From the NCBI RefSeq assembly GCF_009914755.1, contig NC_060939.1: a stretch of 64,000 nt of DNA; one strand, 5' to 3'. A program made the position numbers and the translations under genes. Positions 41,605-53,580 of this stretch are shown piece by piece; the first letter of the stretch is position 1; each line of letters begins with the position of its first letter. The notes under the pieces were generated by a model, which was not told the DNA's origin, did not search any database, and saw only the letters and a program-made list of their open reading frames with translations. The DNA comes from the human T2T-CHM13v2.0 reference genome, Homo sapiens.

Positions 41605-44600
41605 TAACAGCTTTTATGCAAGAATGAAGAATGGTTTCTTTCGTCTTCTCAGATGTGCTGCCATGCAGGTGGCTGTTGCTGATCAACTCCCTTATTAGCT
41701 CCAGGGGTTAATCTCCAGGCTCTTTTGGATTATCCATGTAGTTATGTCATCTGCCGATAATGACATTGGACACTTCCACATTTTTATTCCCTTTGAAATC
41801 CTGTGGTGTTACCTGGACTGATGAGTAGAGGGACAAAGAGAGGCTGTCTTGTCTTGTCCCTGGTGATGCATATTTTACAATGGAGAGGATCCACAGCCTT
41901 TATCAGGTGCTGAAAGGGAGCCATGACACAAGAAAGGTGAATAACCACCAGTCTAAATTACCTCTGGGCCATGTGAAATAAACTGAATCCAGTTATTAGT
42001 TGTATGGAAGAAAGTAAAACAAGCAAGAACCTTGAGCACAGCGACTATCTGGGAGAAAACCAGGGCTGCGATTCAGGCAAGTACAGAACATAACACTAAT
42101 TGCCCATTAAGGGCTTGGAGAAAGAGTTTCACAAAGGAGACCTCAGAACAGAGAATACGGCAGAAGCAAATGAGCAGGGATGGAACTGTCAGAGGTGACA
42201 TATGCGTACCATGTGAACACAAACAGCTTCCTTCCCTTACTTCACCCCCATTTACTCATCTGTAAGTCAAAGCTAATAATATCTACATCTTATTTATGAG
42301 TCACAAATTCTCCTGGCTGAAAAAAAGGCAAATAAGGTTTTCAAAGAGTTCTTATTGAGTGGGTAGAGGCTCAAATGCTCCAGGCCTTTTCCACATTAGC
42401 AGTGCACTTAGAGGGGGGAAAGAAAAGCTCGTTTTGGAATAAAGAGTAATAGGCCCTCCGTGAGTAATCACACACAAGCCTCTGAGACAGCTCCTATCCC
42501 CAACCAGCTAATCTCTGTTAGTGAATGTCACCGCAGTGCCACTGCCAGCACCATGCCTGAGTGACCGGGCTGCGTGGCATTCATGCTGGCTGCACTAGAC
42601 AGAGCTGGGGAGACCCCGATTAACTCCCCAGAATATCCTGGGTACGGAGTGTGCATCGGGGCGAATCTTCTCTCCCATCCGCAAAACCAGGAGAGCAGAC
42701 TGCACTAAGAACTCAGTGAGCCTGACAGAGGTTGTCTCAAAGGGGCGGCATGGCCAAGGGTTAGGCATTTTTATTCCCACAGATAGAAATTTCCGGGGAG
42801 AGTTACCTGTGCCTCTCTGCCTCTCTCTTGCAGTGTGAGCTCACAGCTCAATTTCAGCTCCATTCTGCTCATTTAATTTTAGAATCCCAAAACCCAGGCA
42901 CTTTGTAATTTATCGCGTAGTTTAAGAGTCACTTTTAGCTGAAGACAAATTGCTGGGCCACCTGGGCACAGCAGCGAAGTGTGGCAGGAGCCAGGGGCAC
43001 TACGCAAACATGAGGAACACCTTCTTCAGCCTGGACAATCAGCCAGGGAGAGTCAAGAACTACAGAGACAAACGAAGTCAGTGCTACCCGACGGCAAAAT
43101 CTGAAATCACAGGATGTTTGGAGGGCCTTGAGTGGTTAAAAAAACTAAATATCTATATGGATATACATGTGCGTATATGTATGTGTGTATATGTGTATAT
43201 ATGTAACATTTTATATATATATATGCATATATTTAAAAGGTCTCCAAAGATGTGCTAGCATTCTTTCAGTAAACTCGAACCTGCCTTGTGAAGATTCCTT
43301 CATTCGAATGGTGGAATCCACCCCTCCAGCCACACACCTAATAGTACATCAACGTGGGGCTTGGGATGCAGAACTAATGTCATTTCTATCAATCAGGGAC
43401 GCCACCACACCTTGCTGGCTTCTGCCACGGATAACGATGAAACTACATTTAACACTGCCTGGCACTAAGGTTTAGAGTTATGAGTCGGTGCTTCCCTGTC
43501 ACTTCACTTAACCCTCTGAGTGTGTAGTTTGTAGATTTGTTAACTGCACTGAGAGGTCCCCTGGTGTGACCTCAAAATAACGGCCTCTCCAGGAGCCATA
43601 AACATGGATCAACCCCAACTCACCGCCCCTCAGCCCGGTAGCTGGTTGAGAGAGGAAAAAGGGACCCGCCGGGAGGTCCTTTGAGGGTAATGCCGCCTTT
43701 GTGCCCAGGGCGTGGCCTGCTTGCTCACTGACAGAAGAGGGGACAGCCGAGGGCTGCGGGGCTGGGAGGGCCCCGTGGGGGCCGGTGAGGGTCAGGCCCC
43801 CGTCCAGGCTCTGTGGCAACGCAGCATTAGATCTTTCCGACAACCCAGCGGTGTAGACATTGCCACTGACTGCAAAGGAGCTTGTCAGGGGAGCGACTTG
43901 CCAAAGGTCACACCGCTCGGCCATCAGAACCGCGGCAGAAGCCCCCACACAAAGCGCCCTCCCTCCGCTCCTGGAGAGGTTTTAAACCCAGGACCCCCGG
44001 CCCTGCGCTGTCCCAAGGCCTCTCCGACGGCGGCCGGGCTCCAGGGTGCAGGCTCCCGGCCATCTACCCCCGGGAGCCGCGGACACCGAGGGAGCGCGAG
44101 TCCCCGAGACGCCGGGCCACGCTCATGTCACCCAAGCAGCGGCCGCGGCCGCCTTGGCGCGCGCACCGGGTCCGGAGCTCGCGCCGCCCGTCGAGGGCAG
44201 AGGGGCCGCTCCCCCGCGGGGGAGAGCCGGGTGGGCGCCCAGGACCCAGCGGCGGACGGCGCGCGACGCCTGAGGCAGCCCAGACTCCCCCGGAGCCCGG
44301 CAGGTGTCCGCGCCGCCCCGGCTTCTGAGGCCACACTTCCGAGCGCGGGGTTGGGCGGCACTGCCGGGGGACTTGCGGTCGGCGCGCCGGACCTGCGTGG
44401 GCGCCCACGCGGGACCCCAGTCCCCCCCCCCCGCCGAGTGTCCCGCGCGCGCCCCCCCGGGCGACACCCCCCCTCCGCAGGGCGCCCCGGCCGCCCGCCG
44501 TCCCCAAGCGGTCCCGGAGCCTTCCCACGCGCGGCGCGGGGCCGGGGCCGGGCGGACAGGACTGCGGAGGCGCCCCACTCGCGCGCGCCGGAGGCCGCCG

Positions 44601-44636
44601 GGAAAGTTTTGGGCGCGCGGGGCCGGCCGCACTCAC

Positions 44637-44933
44637 CTGGCCCAAGTTGAGGTAGCCGTGCGCCGCCGCCACGCGGTCCGCCTCGGCCGGGCCGCCCAGC
44701 ACTTGCACCGCCCAGTGGTTGGTGTAGACGGGGCGCGGCGGGGGCGCGGAGCAGGCGGCAGGCAGCGCCAGCAGCAGCAGCCAGCGCCAGGGACGCGGCG
44801 CGAGCGGCCGGAACCCGGGCCCGCCGGCGCCCCCCGCGCCCCCCGCGCCCCCCGCGCCCGCGGCGGTGTCGGTGGCGGCGGCGGCCCGGGGCGGCGGCCG
44901 GGGCCCGGGCGCAGGCGGCGCGCGCGGAGGCAT
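44637..44933 (-). CDS. PCSK6: PCSK6 (PACE4, subtilisin/kexin-like proprotein convertase 6) coding exon 1: long signal peptide plus start of prodomain
   Basis: ATG at 44933 (plus-strand cat 44931-44933). Translation MPPRAPPAPGPRPPPRAAAATDTAAGAGGAGGAGGAGGPGFRPLAPRPWRWLLLLALPAACSA-PPPRPVYTNHWAVQVLGGPAEADRVAAAHGYLNLGQ is recognised as the PACE4 N-terminus (YTNHWAV/GYLNLGQ is the furin-family prodomain motif). 297 nt = 99 codons, ending at canonical phase-0 donor CAG|GTGAGT. Confidence 0.97.
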
Positions 44934-44965
44934 AGCGGCGACAGGCTCGCGCGGCGCCCGAGCTG

Positions 44966-45000
44966 CGAGTGCGCCGGGGGGTGGAGTGCCGCCTTTTAAA
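44966..45000 (-). promoter_or_regulatory. TATA-like box (TTTAAAAG, 45000-44993) with initiator-like CGCACT (A at 44970) 30 nt downstream
   Basis: It is the most conspicuous AT run in the GC-rich proximal promoter, with canonical -30 spacing to a BBCA(+1)BW initiator match. Confidence 0.6.
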
Positions 45001-45020
45001 GCCGCTCCGCGCCGGGGAAG

Positions 45021-45059
45021 CGCCGCCGCCGCCGCCACCGCCGCCGCCAACACCGCCGC
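45021..45059. repeat. Interrupted (GCC/CGG)n trinucleotide repeat upstream of exon 1
   Basis: cgccgccgccgccgccaccgccgccgccaacaccgccgc. Confidence 0.8.
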
Positions 45060-45575
45060 GGGCGGGAGCCGGGGAGGAGGAGGCGGCCGCGGCGCGTTCC
45101 CGCCCCCGGGCCCGCGCTCCTGCGACCGGGCTCCGGGGCCGAGAGCCGTCCGGGAGGCCCGAAACGCCCCCCACCGGGGGAACTTCCCCGCCGACTTCTG
45201 GGGCTCTCGGGACGCGGTGCCGCCCCAGAGGCGTCCTCGGCCCGCGAGTTCTGCTGGGAGCGGGGAGGCCCCGGCGTCTCAGGTGAGTCCCCGGTTCCCT
45301 AGACCGGCCGGACACCCGAAGGCCGCACTCACCTGGCGGGGGCCTCAGACGCCTGGCGGCCTCGCCCGCCTCCCTAGACGGAGGGCTCGCCCGTGTGCGG
45401 GGTCCCAGGGAGAAGAAGCTGCGGGGAAGACAGTGGGTCGCCCGGGACCAAGCCTGGCTGAAGGGACACATTGAGCGGGGCAAAGGCATGTGGCGCATCA
45501 GCCGGGCTCACGAGCGTGTACCCGAGAAACCACCGCACGGAGCCCATGGCGGAGGCCGCGGCCCATGCTGGGAGG

Positions 45576-45709
45576 CAGGCCGTGCAGGTGAACCCCCAGG
45601 CCGCGCAGGTGAACCCCCAGGCCGCGCAGGTGAACCCCCAGGCCGTGCAGGTGAACCCCCAGGCCGCGCAGGTGAACCCCCAGGCCGTGCAGGTGAACCC
45701 CCAGGCCGT
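45576..45709. repeat. 21-bp minisatellite x6, each unit with a GCAGGTG E-box
   Basis: Unit caggccg(t/c)gcaggtgaacccc repeated six times. Confidence 0.95.
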
Positions 45710-48632
45710 CCGCTTAGCCTCGCTGCGATCTTGGGCAAATGACTGTGGTGGCTGAGGGCAGGCGCCCCACCTGCAAAATGCGGGGAACAGTGGCATCTAC
45801 CCCGTCGGGCTGATTTGAGGATGAGGTCAGCTTTTGCTGTACAATAAGCTGTCCGTAAACGTTCGTTTTTATGAGCCCAGGGCCTGCCGTGTGGTAGGTG
45901 TTCACTAGACGATGTACACTCTTAAAAGCACCCACTGAGCTGGGACCAGCAGTAGAAAGTCAGCTGAATCATCCTCACCCCTGCTGCCTGGAGCAGCCTG
46001 GTATCCAGTGGATAATGATTTGAAGCACCCTGGAGATGGATGGAAATGTTCACACCATAATCAAGGAATTATGAAGGGTAAGGATCGCTGCTGGATCTCT
46101 TCTGTCATCCCTCCCAGGACCCATTGGTCCTACTGGCCCACTTCCAGAAAGCAAGCCATCAACCTGCTTAATATAGGAAGTAAAACAAAAAGGTCGAGAA
46201 GGCCTTGAGGTGGGAAGGAAGCTGCTTCTCTGATGGTCAGTTCCAGGAGCGGTCTCTTGTTGAGCGTGCAGGATTCACTTGGAGTCTGTGGCTTGGCAGC
46301 TGGAGGTGAGAGGCTGGGGCGAGAGGGGATGGGCTGAGGACAGGATCTGCATAGATGGTTTCCGAGGTCCTTTCCAGCCTCGCTCTCAGGAGCCCTTTGG
46401 TTTTGTAACCCACGTGATTCATCATTTCTTCAGGTGTGAGTCACCCCTAATGGAGGTGGGAGAACAGGAGGCGTGGTGGGAGGCCCCATCCCAACAGGCC
46501 ACATCCATGTTCACAAGGGCTCCTGCCAAGGGCCCATCTTGGAACCTGGAGATCAACGTCCCACACGGCCTTCGCTTTGCTACACTAGATGTAACTTCAC
46601 CTCCCTGCGTTCCCCTGGCAAGTGGGGTCAGCTGCTTGGGCCGTCACTCCAGGCCTGCCCACACTGCAGAAGACAGCCACCGTGTGTCCCTCCTACAGAT
46701 GGACTGGATGCTCACCAGCCCCTGCCAGTGGAGAGACATGAGGCCCTCATGCAAACTGGCAGCCCTAGAGGAGAACCGGCCATACTTGTTGGACAGAAAC
46801 AGTACCCAGAACTCTCAGTCTGCCTCTGCCTGACATGGCCCTGGCTGCCTAGCCAACTGGCTTGCAGAAGAGGGACATTGGCCTGAGTCAAGGGGACGGG
46901 GTTGGAGGCATTGCATTGTCACCTAGCAGCAGTATGTCTGGGCAGCATGTGTTACCTCTCTTCCCCTTCCCCTGCTGGCCGGATGTCCCTCAGATTCATC
47001 CTGGATCTGGTGCCGTTCTTCAAATATGTGGCCTGCTTCAAGATAATGTAACTGCACATCAGCTAAATGATTATAAAGCAGCTGGTGCCTCCCAAGACGG
47101 AGCCCCCGCAACGGCAGTGATTTTGACAGGCAGAGATAAGGGTGTTTCCATAATAATGTGGTAGATTAAGGGATTCAGCCTGCTGTACTGAGGGGAGACT
47201 AAAATGCATCTGAATTTTTATTTGGAGAGATCTGAATGTATTTTACTAACAAGTCTGGTCCTTTTGGGCTGAACTTTCCATTTGTCATGGAAGTGCCCGG
47301 CAATATCTTGACTCCGATGTTGTAGGAAGACCAGCTTCCCAAAATGAACATCCTGAATCGAATCGCCTCCTGTGGGTTTCCTATTGATTCACACGGTGAC
47401 GGGATTAGCTCAGTCACGGGAGTACCAGCCCTTTTCATTGTGATAGGATCTGTAATAAAACTTGGCTAGTCGTCCTGCAGGGAGGGGATTTATTACTCAG
47501 GCTCTGGCTCTCCACATGGCCCCCGAGGTCCACACAGCTCTGTGGGGAGGGAGGGGGTGCTGCTTTCCTAGATTGAGGTCTTCGAGCCTCAGGAGGGACA
47601 GGACATGGACCAGAAAGGTGATTGGAGCCTGGTCATATTTCGGAAGTTTTGTGATATTTATACTGACATCTTCTAAAATCAGAAAAGAGGAGAAGACATT
47701 GAATGATGTGTTCTCATGCCCACCACTGATCCCTTTACAGCAAGCATGGGATTATCCGGCCAGAGTCCGGGAATACCCACGCAGCCAAGACCACAGGACA
47801 GCAAGAGCCTTTGCACAGCCTTCTAGGATGTGATAAGACATACTTTGATGCAGAAATTGCCTCTGTGTAGGGAATAGACACTTTATTGAACAATTACATT
47901 TTTGGCAATATGCTAGGTTCAGCAGGCCAGACTAGCATCCCTTGAAAAATAGCTGATGGACACCACCTTCAGGATACCGGAGATGAGCGTGGACTCAAAG
48001 CCCAGCTTTGTCATTTACTCATGTGCAGCCTCAGTAAAGTTGCTTCAGTTTGCCCTACTGAAAATAATAGTAACGCTGCTGTCCCCATACAGAGGGGCTA
48101 TGAGGATGACAGGAGCTGATGTGAGCAGAGCCTGGCACCCAGAGCCTGGCATGAAGTCAGCACTCCATAAATAGTGGCAACAGTGACCACTGCTGACCAG
48201 GCGCTCTCCAGTGGGATAGAGTAGTTAGGGCTGAATACTCTGACCTTCTCTGGATAAGGGCTCACTGTCCTCATCTATGCCTGGGTGCACATTTTCTCAC
48301 ATCTTAACATCCCCAAATCAAGAAACATCTCACAGTTGGTGTTTTGCAATCATCACTGGCCTGGACTGAAATTGAGTTCTTCCAGAGAGGGTTTGTTTTT
48401 GCTTCTGCCAGTGATCTGGGGACACAGCTCCTGAAACTCCTTGGGGATCTGCTGAATGGTGTGACCCCAGTGTGAGAACCAGCTTATGGTTCTAATGATC
48501 AGTGCAGGGCATCTCCCTATTTCTCCCTCCCCTCGCCAGGGCCAAGATAGAAACCTGATGATTCCTTGCTGTTCCTCTCCATGGTGGGTTTATTTCTCAT
48601 TTTCCCCTGTACTGACAGTAGAGTCTTTATTT

Positions 48633-49030
48633 TCCCTCCCCTCCCCCTCCCCCTCCCCTCCCCCTCCCCCTCCCCTCCCCCTCCCCCTCCCCTCCCCCTC
48701 CCCCATCCCCTCCCCACTTCCCCTCCCTCTCCCCTGCCCTCCCCCTCCCCCTCCCTCATCCCCTCCCCACTCCCCCTCCCCCTCCCCTCCCCCATCCCCT
48801 CCCCACTCCCCCTCCCCCTCCCCACTCCCCCTCCCCCTCCCCCTCCCCCTCCCCTCCCCTCCCCCTCCCCTCCCCCTCCCCCTCCCTCCCCTCCCCTCTC
48901 TCTCCTCTCCTCCTCCTCCTTCTCTCTCTTCCTTCCCTCCTTTCTTTCTCTTTCTTTCTTTCTCTTTCTCCTTTCCCTTCCCTTCCCTTCCCTTCTTTTC
49001 TCTTTCTTTTTCTTTTTCTTCTTCTTTCCT
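48633..49030. repeat. ~400-bp near-pure polypyrimidine/polypurine tract, (CCCCT)n grading to (TTTC)n
   Basis: Directly visible; abuts the Alu 3' end. Confidence 0.95.
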
Positions 49031-49403
<373 letters not shown>

Positions 49404-52299
49404 ACTTTCCATCTTGGATGTTTTTTTTTTCTTAGTAATATGTTAAATAATGACACATCTTCCAATTGAGGGTGTATCTTAGATTTGATGACATATGATA
49501 TTAATGCCTTCAAGACATATTGCAGTAAAGAAACTTGTTGAATTCTTCCAAATATATTTGCTGTGTCTGTGTATGTGTGAGTGTGGCATCTATTGATATC
49601 CTACAGAAAAGGTACAGAGAGTACAGCATTTTTCATGAAAATCTGTTGTGAATCCTCAGCAAGGTAAAGGCTTTTTCAAAGTAATTGCCTGGCTCAGTTG
49701 AATTTTCAAATACATTTCTATCGGGAGAATCCTCGGATACTTTGGGCCAGACAGCACTCAGAGGTGAGATACTGTTGGGACGTACAGTCATTCCTTAGAC
49801 CTGACAGTGCTTCTTGAGCCCAGATAAACACCCAAGGTCCCCAGGAACAGGAGGTGTGATGCAGGTCGCACACAGCCAGTGGGCCTGAGACATGGAGAAT
49901 CCGGGGCAGACTACACCTCTGCCTCCCACCAGCCCCTCCCACCGTCCCCAACAAACCTTTACCCAAGCCCAGGTTTCTACAAACTGGGGATTTCCCCAGC
50001 CAGGTCCTCTTCTCTCCCTTTCACGCTTTTCTTTTCTCTCCTTTTTACTCACTCCAAATCCCACTCACAGCTGCTGCCCATAGCAGTGGTGGGTCAGGGG
50101 CCTTTGCTCCCCTGCAGCTTCAGGCTCTGCGTCCTTCTGGGCTCTGCCTTCTGCTCGGTGTACACAGTTTTTCAGCGGTCTCTTCAGTATCTGCTCATTC
50201 ATACTGAGCTCTACTCCCTGCTGGGGTGGGGGGACATGTGACTATCGGGGGTGGGGAGGGCATGGAGCAGCTCCCACTCTACTCTCCTCTCTGCTTAAAC
50301 TCTCTTTATATCTAGATCCTAGTTTTCTTAAGAAAGAGCCCTTGAAAACTGCTTCTCCTGTGAAACGATTACCGTGGGTCTAGCAGTTATGTATCCCAGT
50401 GTTCCTTTCCTAAACTCCCATGTGGAAATTTAGTGTCAAACAGGGAATTTAGGGGCAAAAAAGCTGAAACTCCCTGAGAAGCTCTTCCTGACTAAGAATG
50501 AGAGCTTGGCAATTCATCTCGTTTCCCTTTTCACCTCAGCATCCAGGAGGCTCAGAGCCACATGTGATAGAAAAATTGTAGTTCTTTATTTCTTCTTTGT
50601 TGCAATAGGTAAGATGCCTTTGGTTACAAAATATGAGAGTGCCCAACTGAAATGAGTGCAGACAATAAGGACAATTCATTATTTTGCAAACAAGAAACTG
50701 GTATTAGTGGACCCAGGGTTGTTAATTCAGCAGCTCAGTGATGCTGGGACTCAAGGTAGCTTTTCTATACTTTACCTGCCTTTCTCCTATTCTTATATGA
50801 CTGCCACAGATGGGAGGATCATATCCTCTCAAGACAGCCTCCAGGGAAGAAGCGCAGGAGCGACTTTCCATCTCTTGAATGTCTTCATCTCCCTGGGAAG
50901 GAAGCACCTAACCCTCCAGTCCACTTCCTCTCAGGCCCCACCTACCAGATCTGGGTCACAGGCCCACCCTCTGCTGCCAGGTAATCGTAGACAAGGTGAG
51001 CAGGGCGGCTCAGGTTGCTTTCGATCAGTCTTTGCTCTTCTCCTGGGGAACGCTCCCTGAGCACATTGCTGCCCCAGATTGAGCAAAACCAGGATGCTGT
51101 TAGCGAGGGGCGGCACTGTGGAGGCTGCTGGGCGAGTTCCTTGGGGGTCTACCTCTTGCTCTCTGTTTCTGTTGGATCACCTTCATATAGATTTTCTCAG
51201 GCACGCAGCAGACTCCAAGCAAATATTTATCGAAAAGTGGAAAGGAAGGGAGGTAGGGAAGGAGGGAAAGGGGGGGAAGGGAAGGGAGGAGGGGAAGAAC
51301 AAGAGGGAAGGGGAAGGAAGGCTCAAGTATTATTTAGAATTAATGTGTTCCACAAATTAAATACAACACAAATCAGCCTAAGCAGCGGTGACTCTGACTC
51401 TTTCCCCACCTTCCCTGTCCCCACGCCCGGCAGCGCAAGGATGGCGTTGCACTGTCCACAAGCCCAGCAGTGGGGTGTGCCTTTTTCCTGTGTGAAGACA
51501 CCCCTTGGCTCCAGGGTGGGTTTCGGGTTTGTGGCCTAAGTGTTCTTCCCGAGTGAGAGTGAATTGGGAGCTGGGGCTCCCTCCCTAGTCCCGGCAAAGA
51601 GAGCAGAGCAGAAGACAGGATGGGAGTGGGGTCCTCGCGGTGACAAGCAGAGGAGAAGAGCTGGCAGGTTATCCCTCTCTACAAAAGTCTGGTTTTGAGA
51701 AGCTGAGTGCAGAAATACATCATGGGAAAATAGGCATTGCGGGGGACCTGCTGGGCTGTGGTGTACACGAAGTGGCCGGGCTGGGTGGGGCTGAGGAATT
51801 GCAGCTGAAGTCCTCGCCCTTTAGCTGCTCTCTTTCCTCAAGAGCACAGAAGGCACAAACACCATTGCTTCTGCACCCCCTGCCCTGTCCCTCTCCAAAG
51901 CTGCCCCTCCCTTGGTGCCCTGGTCCCCAGGGAATCCTGCCCTCTGCAGGGTCATGCTCTGGCAGTTCCCCAAACTCCTAACCCTCTAATCTTTTCCTGT
52001 CCCCAGATCCTTCCCCTTAGTTGCACGTGTGCCAGAGCTCCCCCACCCGGCTCTGAGAAGGCTTCTTACGCCTTCCTGCCCCTGCCGCCCCTTCACATCA
52101 CCTCTGACCTCCTGCCTTCACTTCCCCGGGGTTCCAGGAAAGGTCACATGACGCCGCTCTTCACTCACGGGCCTCTCCATGCCGTCCTCTCCCTCTCCCT
52201 CCACTCGGCTGGATGCAGGTGGAGAAGAAACACAGCCACCCCGGCTGCTGTCGCCTGGCAGCCATCATTACACACCTCTGGCAGTCTCTCGAAACGCCC

Positions 52300-53580
52300 A
52301 CCCCTCCTGTCCAACTGGCGTCCTCCATACTCACCCTCAGCTGACAGCCTTGCTTCCTTCTTACCTCCTTTCTCGGAAGAGATCTTCCTCCTCCACCCAC
52401 ACCTGCGCCGGGCTCTGCCTCACAGCACTGCCGCAGGTGGTGGGGCCCACTGAGGACCTCCCCTCCCTCACCTGCTGGATCCCAAGCTACCCCAGCTCCC
52501 CAGAGCCGCCGCTTCACAGTATCACCCTTTCTCCTGCTGAGTTACCTCCATGCACGTACAAGCATGTGGTTATACCATCTATCTTTAAAAACCCACAGGA
52601 CTCTCGCCAGCTACTCTCCCATTCTTCCCGTTTTAGCAACACAAAACTCCTCAAGCAAGTCTCCCCACCCACTGTTTCAGTCTCTCCTGCACTCAAGCCC
52701 ACCCACGCTCTCATCACCATCCCCCGCAGCCTGTCCGCTGCTAACTCCAGGGGGCCGTTCTCTGACCTCCTGTTGGAGGCCTTCCTGCACCTTTGACACG
52801 GCTGACACCCCTTGTCCTGGAAGCACATTCCGCTTGTGGCTGCCAAGCGGCCCCTGCTATCCTAGTTCTCCTCTCACCTGTGTGGCCGCCTCTCCTCAGT
52901 CTCCATCGCTGGTTCATTCTTAGCATCGGGGTGCCCCGAGCCCCGACTCTTGGGTGGCTTCTTTTTTGTACCCACCCTCACTCCCGCGACGCTCTCAGTC
53001 ATTCTCTAACTTTAGGTGCACGTTACGTGTGGGTGACTCTCGGAGCCCGTCGCTGGCTTGGACTCCTAAACTCCAGGCGGCCGGCAGCTTCTCTCCTTGG
53101 ATGTCTAAAGCACTTTACAAGCTGAGCTCCTGGTCCTCCCCGTCCCCACCACAAAACGCCCCCGCCGCCCTGCCCTGTCCCCAGCTTTCTCCATTACGGC
53201 AAATGCCAACTCCACATTTCCACTGCTCAGGCTAAAGCCTGAGGTCATGGTTAACCCCTCCCTTCACCCCAGCACACCCGTGTCTAGACTGTCATTGAGT
53301 CTGGTTGTTTCTACTTTGAAATCCGTTCAGAGTCCGGCCACTTCTCACCACGCCCCCTGCTACGTCCCTGGGCCGAGCCACCCCCACCTGTCACCTGGTG
53401 AAACTCAACAGCCTTCTAAATGCCTTCCCTGTTCTGGCCATGCCTCCTGCCATCAATCCTCAACACAGAGGATGTGTGAAAATAGAAGTCAGATCAGGCC
53501 GTTCCTCAGCTCTAAATTCCTCCATGGCTTCCAACCTCACGCAGAGAAAAATCCAAGATTTTTCTCTACCCTCCCCCAAG
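52300..53580. mobile_element. L2 LINE remnant
   Basis: C/T-rich degenerate L2 ORF2/3' text (ctctgacctcctgttgg..., ttggatgtctaaagcacttt..., cttctcaccacgccccctgctacgtccctgggcc). Confidence 0.6.

Larger units (their letters stand above)
43930..45730. promoter_or_regulatory. CpG island / PCSK6 promoter
   Basis: Very high GC content and dense CpG with multiple GGGCGG/CCGCCC boxes around exon 1; edges approximate. Confidence 0.92.

Noticed and set aside
43712-45498. Long ORFs in the CpG island (43712-44650 +, 44128-45498 -, 44304-44999 +, and read-through of the PCSK6 frame to 44064)
   Set aside because: Stop-codon scarcity in very GC-rich DNA gives low-complexity R/G/A/P products. The true frame ends at a canonical donor at 44637.
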